Positions 50,101 through 62,100 of a stretch of DNA of 64,000 bases are shown one piece after another. The notes below the pieces were generated by a model. It did not search any database. It worked only from the letters and a program-made list of their open reading frames with translations, and was not told the DNA's origin. The position numbers were made by a program, and so were the translations under genes. Numbering within the stretch: position 1 is the stretch's first letter; the number at the start of each line of letters is the position of its first letter. This stretch comes from Macrostomum lignano. Its lineage: Eukaryota. The stretch covers positions 1-64,000 of the forward strand of contig NIVC01000452.1 of assembly GCA_002269645.1 (NCBI GenBank), in the 5' to 3' direction.

Positions 50101-53100
50101 CTTTTTAGAGCATACCAACCTACCTATTCTTCTAGAGCTTCGGCTTCAATGAAGCCAACCACACTGAAGGCCTGAACACGGATCGGGTTAATTTGCCCGA
50201 AACACTTTGCTCGGGACTTTCTGCGTCAACGGTTTGGAACAGGTTACCTTAAAGATAAAATAATTAATCCAGACAAGAACTCCAAGCGTCAGAGGCTGGC
50301 GGAGGAGGCAAGTGGAGAAGTAATTGCTGCTTTTGATAATTTCTGGGGCTCCAATTACTGTTGGAACCTGGTCATTGAATTAGATGTTCTCAGACCTTAA
50401 ATACTCGTAGTTTATTTACTTATAATCATTTACTTATTTACTTAGAATCATTCAAATTTCGACTGCTCACAAGTAATTAATCGTTGTCTGTTTGCGCCAC
50501 AACACAACAGTTGGGAATTTATTTTTATCAGCTAATATGCAGCTTTGGTTAATCTTTAAGACGCTTACCCGGCAAAAAATAATTAGGCTTTGTGACCGCA
50601 CTTCGACCGCAGTTGACCGGATTTCGCGTACCATGCCAAAAAACGGTTCACCTCGACCGTTTTTGCGGTCAAATTGATGAGGTCAAATTACGTTCGAAAT
50701 ACGGTCAAAAACGGTCGAATTGCGGTCAGATTCGGTCAAGAAACGGGCCAAAAACGTTCACCTCGACCGTTTTTTGCGGTCAAATTGATGAGGTCAAATA
50801 CGGTTGAAATGCGGTAAAAAAAGATCGAATTGCGGTCAGATGCGGTCAAAATGTGGCCCCAATACCATTTGTCACTTGTTCACTTTCCAAGAGATGTATC
50901 CTTGCGCGCGCTACTTTGGTTTGTACCTGCACATTGCGAGACTTATTGTCTGTATGAAAATAAATAAATGAATTGTATTCTGTAACTACGGAAGAAGCGT
51001 TCGTTTGCGCACAGCGACATATTTTGAGAGTTCCTTTTTCTCTTTTCGCTGGAACATAAGACTTATCGTAGGAGAACTATAGGAAAGTACATGGGCACGT
51101 AGGCTATATATAGCTAGAGAATGAGCAGGAGCATGAGATCGACCCGGACATTAAACATTGTTGCAGCTAAACATGGACGCACTGCCATGCGAGATACTGA
51201 CGCAGATTTTCGCGGAGCTCGACGTTCAGAGCCTTATGCAATGCGCCTACGTGAATCGCCGCTTCCTGGATGTCGCAATGCAGCCCCTGCTGTGGCGCCG
51301 CTTGCGGCTGGATCCGGCACTTATCGAGGCCGGGGACCCATCCGCATCGGCACTATCATGTCTGAGGGTTTGGCTGGCGGCTACGGTGGAGGAAGTGGAG
51401 TTTGGCTACCTGGATCAACCGAGGGACGCCACGCTGCAGCAGCTGTCGCTCATGCTGCGCGACTGTCGCAACCTCCGGACCTCCTTCTAACGGCGATTGA
51501 TCAAACCGAGTCTGCACCCAACCCACTGGTCGCCGTTGGCCGCGGCTGTCACCGACTCCGTAGACTCCGCCTCCTGGACTGCCGAGATATGCTGACAGCC
51601 GAGGCTCTGAGGGCCATTGTGGACGGCTGTCCAGGCCTCACCCACGTCGAGATAGACGACGTCGGAGCACTGGCGGACCCCTCTACCTGCGAGCCAATGT
51701 TCCGCAGCCTCCTTTGCCAGCTCTCATCGATACGGCTGGCGTTTGACAGGCGTTGCCGAATTATTGACGCGGCCTTACAATCGGATTGCGGGATTTGCTT
51801 GCGCGGCCTGGTCGCGGTCGATTTATGTGGCGCTAGTGTTGGTGGGTGTTCAATACTTGCGTAGTTACTTAGTTGTTGCATAGTGATACTTTCTTGCCCA
51901 CTAACTTTGTAATACTTACTTGTTTTACCACTCATCCACCCAGTATTTAAGCTGGTACTGAACAAAATACAAATTACAGAACTGCTGGCTGTTGTTGCCC
52001 AGTCTGCGAGAGTTGACAGTGGGCGGTACGGCTATTTCGGATGCACTCGCCGCGCAAATGTCTGCAGCCGTCGGCCGTAACGGCAGCCAGCTGCGTAATG
52101 CAGTCTAGAAAAGTGCGTCCGATTGACTGATCGCGGCCTCCGCTCTTTTCTCGCCGCGTGGCCTAGGCTGAGGAGCCTGACGCTGCTCCAGTGCGAGAAG
52201 CTCCGAGCTGAAGGCCTGCTGGCTACCCGTCAGCCGGAGCTTCGCGAACTGGTAATCCTGGCCAGCTTAGACGCTCCAGCCCGCCTCCACGGCAGTGTCT
52301 CGGGTCGGGCCCGCCAACCACTACCGTCGGCCATACAGCTGCTAACCGTCTCGCCCTGCCGCTTTATTCGCTGCACGGGCGATGATTTCGTGCACGCATT
52401 GGCCAACTGTCGGGGTGAGTTACTGCAGGCCGCGGAGCTGGAGGATGCCGCTGTCGCGGCCGAGAATGCCGCTGACCCAGTCAATGCTGGCGCTGCCGAG
52501 GAGCTCCTGAACGTTCCCTTCCACGCCTCTCTGCCTGTCACCCTGGGCGACGCGGTCTCTGAGATTCAAGTGGGCAGGCGCGACCTTGCATTGTCGCAGA
52601 ATGGCGTCCAGCGCCTTCTTGTACCAGACAACGCTTGGCCTCGCACGGTCTATAAACTGACATCGTACACCAATGCGTCCACAAGTGTGTTGGGTACGTC
52701 CAAGTGCTTCACCATCTGCAGTGCGTGTGCCAGCAATTCGACCGGCTCGTGTCGACCGGGTGATGTGTGCTCCCACTGTGGCAGTACCAACGTCGGCAAC
52801 TTCTGGGTGCTCGACGTCAAGAGACAAATTAGGACGCACATCGAATGCGACGGATTGCTTGCGAACGTTACCTTCTTGGTGGATCGCATACCAGTTCCAG
52901 GTTTTACGTCTGTCACAATTATGACAGCATCATTTCGAAATAAGCGAGTATAAGCGAATAATATGGCCGTCAATGCAATCTAAAGCATTCACAACGTCCG
53001 GCAGACAAGGAGGACGTCTCCTACACCGTCGCCTCGGTCGCTTTCCCCTACCATCGAACCAACCCTATCAAGGTGTGTCCCGTGTACCTCAGTATCACGG

Positions 53101-56100
53101 AGGTACATAGCAAGCAGCGGATTCGCTTCGTGATTACCCTTGGCGTCTGGGCGAGTAGAAAAGAGTTGAAGTTTTTTGCCTTCTTGCCAGTCGTTGTTGA
53201 CGTTCTCAACGACCTTCGCCACAATGGAGTCGCTTACGTGGACGCCACTGGTCAGCAGAGGGTTCTGCGACTCCACCCGTTAACAGCTATGTTTGACGCT
53301 CCGGAAAGGGCGGATGCCCTTGTATGCGAAGTCACTCCGCCAAGAAATTGTCTCCCATATGTATTTCGACAAACATACTACGTGCTGACGCTTCTAAACA
53401 GTCTTGGGTCAATCTGTAATTCCAGAATTTTACTATTATTTCGTTCCAACCTCTAAGCTCCACACAGATACGGCTGCGACAGCTGTTACGTAAAGACGGC
53501 AGCGTTACCGGGAGGCGGCTGCCACTATCCCGTCCACCTGTCCACCTCAATGCGGCGTTCTGCGGAGAGGCTTGGGTGTACGCAAACCGACTTGCGCAAT
53601 ATGCCGGACTCAGTGGCCCTTGCGGAGCGCCGGCGCCTTGAGGGAGCAGCACCCAACACCGACATCCTTGGCATAATGGGTTTGTCTCCACTGGCCCACC
53701 TGTCCGGCTTTGACTACGTCCGTGGCACCCCTCCGTGCTACCTCCATCAGCTCTGCTTGGGCCTGGTCCGCTGGCACAAGTGGCAATGGTTTCTGCCACG
53801 CGTCAGGAGACCTGATCCGAACGCCGCGCTGGGTGCGCATATTTTTCATCTCCGACAAGCGGTGGATGAGCGGCTGCGTTGCGTGCGTCTGCCCAGGTAT
53901 GTACACCGCGGTCTGCAGCCGCACCTGAATATGCGATAAGACAGTGCAACTCTTTGCTCCTGTCCCAGATCTGTGCAGCGGCAGCGAGTCCGATATGGGG
54001 CTGCTGGCGTATGGGCTCATGGTACTGCATGAATTTCTGCCCGACCGCTACTACCAGCACTTCCTAGTTCTGTCGACCGCCATCTTTTGGCTGACGCTGG
54101 ACTCCGGTCTACTGCGACGCGAATTGCCGTTCGTCAGAAATTCGCTGTTGTACTTCATCGCAAAGCTGGCCCAGTTGTATAGCGAACGAGCGATGACCTA
54201 CAACTCACACCAGGTAAGATGGTGAGAAAGTTTATATCCAAGCATGCAACTATCACCAGGAAAAAAGGACATGCAGATGTAGCATACGTACAACGCCGCA
54301 CGATTTAACGTTCCAATAGGTGTGCCAGCACATGAAGGCCTTCGCGCACTTGGTCGGTCCGCTGCACCACCAGTCAGCCGGCATTTTTGAGACCATGCAT
54401 TGCCGACTCCGCAGGCGGCTGCACGCGTCGCGCCACACAGACCTCGAGGTCTTCAATGTCGTTGAGCGAGACGTGGCAACGCAGCTGACAAAGGTTCGCA
54501 GGACTGCAGCAGCCGAACCGCGCCCAGAAGGCTTCGTCTCGGGCAACACAGATGCGTGTTGTCAACGGCGTTTGTCTTGCGACGGCACCATGGCATGGCG
54601 AACCAGTGGAGCAGTGCGTCGACGCAGTCCGGCCTCTTTATCGAGCGTTGGAATGCAACCAAGTGCATCCCACGCACTGCGTGCTCGAGCTTCGTCGGCT
54701 TCTATGGTGACGGACAGAAGGGTCTGCACTTCGCACGCGTTGAAGCTATCACCCTGTGCCAGTTGGGTGGCATCTGGCTGACGTGCAAGCTCCTGCCCGT
54801 TGCACTGCTTCCCGACCCCTTGGAGGCGTTGAGCAACGTGTCGTCGGCGGATACGGAGCACCGTGGTTGCCGCTGCTGGCATGTTTGCCGCCTGCAGTGC
54901 GACCCTTTCGGCCCTACAGAAGCCCTCGGCAATGCAGTCGATGTCAATCTGACGGACATCTTAGGCGCGTGCGACGTGTCGCCGACGTCGATTGCAATGC
55001 TACCGCATACCCAGTTGGCCACGTCGTAATTGTAAACTTATTACGCAATAGCCACTGCCCTGTTTGATTCTGTTGTTCCGTTGTTTTCCTCTTTATAGTT
55101 TCAAGCCGTATGTTCAATTATTAATTTGCACTGTTTTCGCTGTGCTTACTCTCCGCTTATAAAGAAGTTATGTTTACCGTTTACCTTTACCGTTAATAAA
55201 TTTGTTAAAGTGCTACATGCTAACTTTCACAGCTTTTTTCTGAACAATCGGACTAGCGTACTGTGGCCACAATATTTCTGCTACCTCATATTTCCGGGGC
55301 CGGGTAACGACCAGGGAGGAGGCGCTAGCGATCGCAAATCTTAGCCGTCGCGAGGTGCCACAGCCCGAGCTGCCCCGAAGGTGTCCAGCCTGCCGCAACC
55401 TGCAGCTCGAAGTGTCCCGCGTCCGCGACCTGGCCGACGCCAAAGGTAATTAATAAGTGAACACCCGCTGTCACCTTTCGTTGTTGCAACGTCGATGTTC
55501 GTTTCGTTTCGGTCATTTATTTGTGTCACCTTTTCTGCCACAAGGGCCGAGTTGCAGCGCCGTACGGCCCAGTTGCAGGACGCAGATGCCCGTGCTAATG
55601 AACTCCAACAACAGGTCGCTTACCTGTTGCGTCGGAGACGGCGCTGGAAGCGCTTCTAGCCGAGGAGCAGCGCCTTCGTGCCCTACAGGAGAAGCGATGC
55701 GCACAGGCAGTCGCTCACATGCAGCGGGCAGCTTCCTCTTTACAGGCGACCGATGGCCCACAGGATCATGTTGCACCAGGAATCGACATCGATCCTGATG
55801 CAGATTGCCGATTATCGTTTGAAGCCGAAGCTATGCTGGTCGATAACACTGCTGCCACTGCTAGTGGAGAGGGCCGGAGTGCCAACCGGGTCGCTGTGCT
55901 GCCGCACAGTACGCCAGGTGAGATCTACAAATACTTACAGAGCAATCGTTCTAACTCATCTGACTGACTGGTCACCCTCATCTCTATCCCAAACCAGCCG
56001 AGTCCACCGGCCTTGTCCCTCTGGCAGAGGACATGCCCTATGTCCTGGTAGAAGTAGGTCGGCGCCAGGAGTGCGACAGCCGTGAATGCGGCTGAAGTGG

Positions 56101-59100
56101 AGAAACTAAACCGGCGCAAAAAAATCGCCAAGTGGGCGCTCGTGCGGACCCTCGCAGGAAGGTCGGCAACAGCCCGAGCACTCCGGCCGACTGCGCATCA
56201 CTTGGTCACATGGAGCGATTCATGCGGAAGATCGGGTGCCCACTGGAGCCGCGGGAACTGCAGCGCGCTGCACGGCAACAGCACGCAGGCGCCTGGGCGT
56301 GCCCCGTAATAAAAGCTAAGACCTCCACCGCTGGTAGCAATACTGGCCATGTCGGCAGCGCCGCTACAGCCTCTGCTGGCCCGTCGAACGCCAACTATAC
56401 TGGCCATGTCGGCAGCGCCGCCACAGCCTCTGCTGGCCCGTCGAACGCCAACTATACTGGCCATGTCGGCAGCGCCGCCACAGCCTCTGCTGGCCCGTCG
56501 AACGCCAACTATACTGGCCATGTCGGCAGCGCCGCCACAGCCTCTGCTAGCCGTCGAACAGTTATGTGCGTGACATGCACGACTTTGAGGTGGAGCTGTT
56601 GCACCAGTTCCTAGCTTAATTGTACGTGCGCCCAAAGTGGCAGTATATTCAGGAGTTAAGTCAGTCTCAAAATTAAAGCACAACCTGAGAATTTTAATAA
56701 GCGGTTTATTTTTTCCCGCGCCTCAAAATTCTAGCAACAGTCAGCCTAGAATTCAATCAAAGCTTCAATCAAATGTCTCCAGACTGACTTTCTCCTGAAA
56801 AAAACTGCACCAAAACTGAATGCTTCTGCTTATAAACGGCATTTATGCTCGTTTTTCTGTAAACATTGACAGCCAATATTTGTTTTAGTTTTAATTGCTT
56901 TCACTCAACTTTTGTAGTTTTCGTTTTTGTTTTACCTCTAGCAAATACAGTGAAAGCATATCGGTGCCGTTCTTTGCCGTTCTGCTGTTTTTACCGTTCT
57001 TTTCTATCACGGTTTATGATTTAGCTTTTCATGATTTATTCATTTGATTAACCAGTTGATTCCTCTTCCACGGATTCCTCATTCCTCTTCCTTTAGGGAA
57101 AAATGGAGCTCAGTCACAGAGAGACAGAGAGATATACAGTACATCTGGACCACATTCTGACCGCAAAACGATGGACAAATTTGACTGCAATAAATACGCA
57201 AAAAATGGAGATTTGCCAAAGGAAAACATTTGACCCCATAACTACTGCCGTTTTTGACCGTATTTTTACCTTGTGAGAAGGGCGATGGGTCAAATTTGCG
57301 GTCAAAAATTTACAAAAAATATTTTTTGCCGGGTAGCCATTAGTTGCTATTTGTTGAATGTTAAACGTTGCTGTAAAAGCGTTCTATTTTTTCATGTTAC
57401 TTTTAAGACGGCTGCTGTTGAGATCTGAAACCTGAAGACGGGTGTGTGTCCGTCATAGTTTTTTTATCTGCAGTGATCTTCACACGAGCTTTATATAATA
57501 CTACAAAGGTTCTAGAATAAATTTGCGGAAAAGCCTCACATAACAAATATTTTCACAATAGTTCCCCGTATTAGACATGCAACACTTGTACCATTGGCTT
57601 GCTAGCGTCTTTCATTGTGTTAGTCTTTTTTCTTTAACCATGGGTTTGTGTGACAGCAACTCAAAAAGGCATCGTGAAACTCATCTGATTCCTTAATTAC
57701 GGGCATGCAATTAAGTACAATAAATTCAGAATAGTTATTTTTTGTAATTGAACGCTAGATTCAACGGTAGATCAAAGTTAGAGTTAGGGTTCAGCTAGGG
57801 GCTTTAAGGCAGGCTTCGATGCCAAAGCTCACCTTTCTTTGTTGCCTACCCAACCGGGGTTGGGGGGGGCGCAGATTGCTAGTACAAAGCCACCAAAATT
57901 GGCGAAAGTCACTGATTGACAATGTACAGCCTATAAAATCCTCACTAATCATTGATAGCTGGCAGCTTATTGGCCCCGTCCCAGGCTGCACTACAAGAGC
58001 TCACCGGAGAAGTCGAATTGGCCATCCAGCAGGAACAGCTGCCTAGCCAGCTGGTACATCCGTCTCGATTGTCCGCGCGGCTCCCGCCTGGCCGCCACCC
58101 GGATGTGGCCCAGATCGCCATAAAACTGGTCGGAATGGCGCGAGAACACCAGGCCCAGCCGGAGCAGCGGCTCCCAGGACAGCTGCAGGCCGGAGCGCAG
58201 GGCCTGGCAGCAGGCCGTCCACAGCTCGGCCGACAGGTAGGGCGTCGATGAGATGAGGAAGTGCCGCAGGCAGGAACAGCCAAGCCGGCACACCTGGCAA
58301 TGGGGTTGGATAAAAACTTAATAACTAATAAGTGACTAGCTGTAGCCCCAGGTGGCTCAGCAACTGACACTCTGGGAGTTGGGCCCGCAACTGAGGATCT
58401 GGTAGGTAGTGGCCCAGCAACTGAGGATCTGGTAGGTAGTGGCCCAGCAACTGAGGATCTGGTAGGTAGTGGCCCAGCAACTGAGGATCTGGTAGGTAGT
58501 GGCCCAGCAACTGAGGATCTGGTAGGTAGTGGCCCAGCAACTGAGGATCTGGTAGGTAGTGGCCCAGCAACTGAGGATCTGGTAGGTAGTGGCCCAGCAA
58601 CTGAGGATCTGGTAGGTAGTGGCCCAGCAACTGAGGATCTGGTAGGTAGTGGCCAGCAACTGAGGATCTGGTAGGCTGGCCCAGCAACTGAGGATCTGGG
58701 AGGCCACATTGTAAGCACCTGCTCAGAGCAGCTGGACACGCAGTCGATGAGCACATGCAGCAGGCTCTGCACGGCGCCGGACGCGAACTCAGGGCCAGCC
58801 TCGCGCAGCAGGTGCACGGCCAGGTCGGTGGTCAGCCCGCAGGCCTGCCGGAGTGCCGTCACCCGCGAAGGTCGCTCGCAGGCGGCACAGCAGCGCAGAC
58901 GCTTCAACAGCTGGGGCAGCAGCAGGCGCTGGAAGGCGAACAGCACGGCATCGCAGCCGGGGCTGGCCAGGCCGGATCGCAGCAGGTCGAAGGCGGCTGT
59001 GAACGCCTGGGCAGCGGCTGGCGATTCCCAGGCGGCCGACAGCAGCCCGTCGATAAGCAGCCACCACACGGCCAGCAGGTCGGAGCTTGGACCGCAGCCT

Positions 59101-62100
59101 GGCGCCGAAGCGGCTCCGGCCGGCGACTCCGGGCCGTCGGACGGCAAAGCCGGGCAGGCCACGGGCACAGGCAGGTGCCAGTCGTGCTGCGGGAACCTAC
59201 GCACCAGCTGGGCCAGGCTGCGGCCCGGGGAGCCGTCGCTAACGGCGGCGGCGGCGGCGCTCGACGACGAAGCTGATTCAGCTGACGGAGCAGCGGCGAA
59301 TCGATCGGCGCCTTTGAAAGCTGGCGGCGCCGGCATGCGCGCCATGTCGCCAAGGAGGCCGGCAGCCGTGGCCAAGTGGCGCAGGGCTGGCAGGCAGAGC
59401 GGCGCTGAGCTGACGGGATCAACTGACGTGCCAGTGGACCTATTTGAGTCGAACTGTTCGCCCGTGTCCGAATCGGACTCGCTGTCCGTGTCTTCATCTG
59501 CCGCCGGGTCGCCGGCCACGGGGCCGCGGACGTAGCGTAGCAGGCAGAGCATGCAGTCCACTAGGGCGTTGGCCAGCACCTGCGTGCGTTGGCGTATTGC
59601 ATCTGCTATGTTAACCTGTCAATCAGCAGCCCCTCCTATCTTTACCTGTCAATCAGCAGCCTCTCCTATCTTTACCTGTCAATCAGCAGCCTCTCCTATC
59701 TTTACCTGTCAATCAGCAGCCTCTCCTATATTTACCTGTCAATCAGCAGCCCCTCCTATATTTACCTGTCAATCAGCAGCCCCTCCTATATTTGCCTGTC
59801 AATCAGCAGCCCCTCCTATATTTACCTGCAAATCAGCAGCCCTTCCTATTTTTACCTGTCAATCAGCAGCCTCTCCTATCTTTACCTGTCAATCAGTGGC
59901 CCCTCCCATCTCTACCTGTCAATCAGCAGCCCCTCCCATCTCTACCTGTCAATCAGTAGCCCTTCCTATCTTTACCTGTCAATCAGTAGCCATTCCTATC
60001 TTTACCTGTCAATCAGTAGCCCTTCCTATCTTTACCTGTCAATCTGTAGCCCCTCCCATTTCTAGCTGTCAATCAGTAGCTACTCCCATCTCTACCTGTC
60101 AATCAGTAGCCTTCCTATCTCTACTTGTCAATCAGTAGCCTTCCTATCGCTACCTGTCAATTAGTAGCCTCCCCTCTTTACCTGTCAATTAGTAGACCTA
60201 TTTTTTACATGAAATCATTTGAAATAATAATAATTGATTACACCTGTCATAATGAGCAGATGTGCAACCGACAGCTCAGCCTAGCTGAAGGCTGCGTACG
60301 GCTGTTCAGTCCAAGGACTGGGGGGTCGCCACATACCTTCAATTACCCCAGCTAATGCTGGCACCCATTTTACAGCTGGGTGAACTGAAGCAACGCAGAG
60401 TTAAGTGTCTTGCTCAAAAACACAAATTGCTCCAAATGGGCTGAGAATCGAACCCCCGACCTTTCAGTCGTGAGTCCGACTCTCTAACCATTAGGCTACA
60501 ACCCTCTAATTTGGTAAATACTACTACTGTAGTAAAGACAGGTCTCACCTGTTCATCATTAGCCATATCCAACCTCCTCTCCATCATTAGCCACATAAAA
60601 CCCGTGTCACCTGTCCGTCACTAGCTACAACCCCTCACCCCGTCAATCAGCAGCCTACTTGGGTAGAATCTGTGCCAAGAAAGGCCTGAAACACGTCGCT
60701 AACAGCGGCCGCGTGCCGCTCCCCAGCAGCGGAGCCGGCAAAATCGACGCGCACGTGACGAAGCGCGGCAAACACGGGCCGCCAGCCGCTGCCCAATTCG
60801 TGGCTAAACGCTTCAACCAGTTCGCACACGCAGCAGACCAGCTGATCCTGAGTGTCTGCATCGCACAGCTCCAAGCCTAGCAGCCATTCCACTGGCTTCA
60901 AAGCGGCCTCGTGCATGTTGAAATGCGGCCGCTCCGGTCGCCAGCGCAGCAGAGCCACAGTGCATTCGTGCAAACTGCTGACGGCCGTCTTAGCCGTGCG
61001 CTGCTCCGAGCAGGCCTTGGTGAAATGGCCGCCAGCGATGGACCAGACGCACAGCACGTGAGCGAGCAGCCGCTCAGACTGGGTCACGCTAAGCACCAGC
61101 TGGCAGAGCCGGCTGACCAGCCCGCTGTCGCCGCAGCTCACCAGATCGGTCGACACGTCGCACAGGGCGCGAACAAAAGCTAATAAAGATACCAGAGGAA
61201 GCTGGGCCGCGTCATCAAATAGGCGATCAGCTGCCGAGACCAGAGCGGCTACAACTTTAGTTGTCTGGGCGGGCGTTAGTAGGCTGTGCCCGCCGACTTG
61301 CCAGCGAGCGACAAGGGCGGGAATGTCCGAGCCGGCTAGCTGACTGTCCGCTACGGAATCTGATGTTGACGTGGCCAATAGGCCGCCCATAGACTGGAAT
61401 TGGCCGCTGCTGACCAGCTGGCGCTCCAGTGCCGCGATGTGGGTCACGCCTGAGCAATGGGATGAACAGCGGGCCGATTTTGACATGCTTTTTGAAGGCC
61501 GAGTTTTATAATGCTTTCTGAAGGCCGATTTGATATGCTTTTTGAAGGCTGATTTGATATGCTTTTTGAAGGCCGAGTTTGATAATGCTTTCTGAAGGCC
61601 GATTTGATATGCTTTTTGAAGGCTGATTTGATATGCTTTTTGAAGGCCGATTTTGATATACTTTTTAAAGGTTGATTTGATATGCTTTATAAAGGCCGAT
61701 TTGAAATGCTTTTTGAAGGCCGATTTTGAAATGCTTTTTGAAGTCTGATTTAGAAAATTCGAAAGCCGACTTTAGAATGAATTTTTAGTATAATAAATTA
61801 GGTCTATTTTAGGATTCTTTTTATAATATTATTTTTTAATAATTTTTTTAAAGACGATTTCTAAATATTAAAGAATGAGTTTTACGTTAAATACAGGGCG
61901 ATTTCTGGGAAAGCAAAAAATTCAAAATCAGAAGACTTAAAAGAGCTCTCTAAGAAGCTGCTCTCACCTCGAAGCACGTGCGGCCAACAGTCGGGAGCCC
62001 GCTGTCCGACTCGGACAGCCCGTCCGGTTAGCAGGTCGAGCGACAAAGCGGCGCACGCGTGCAGCCGAAGCGGCGTCCCAGCCGGGCAGTGGCAGGAGGC

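Larger units (their letters stand above)
50568..57333 (+). mobile_element. EnSpm/CACTA (CMC) DNA transposon, both ends present, 6766 bp
   Basis: 14-bp TIR CCCGGCAAAAAATA (50568) / TATTTTTTGCCGGG (57333); TA on both flanks; (T)GACCG/CGGTCA subterminal repeats at both ends. Confidence 0.9.

Noticed and set aside
49191-50400. TGTA..TACA 263-bp segment as a solo LTR followed by a degenerate gag-like region
   Set aside because: Flanks do not match as a TSD (CGTCT versus CCGAA), no PBS follows, and no protein motif is recognisable.
55540-56130. Coiled coil (RAELQRRTAQLQDADARANELQQQV) plus a possible BEN-like remnant as EnSpm ORF2
   Set aside because: Position is plausible but the sequence is too fragmented to support a domain call by eye.
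58388-58700. CRISPR-like array (also considered for the other regular arrays)
   Set aside because: Units are head-to-tail with no unique spacers, the context is a eukaryotic intron, and no cas genes are present.
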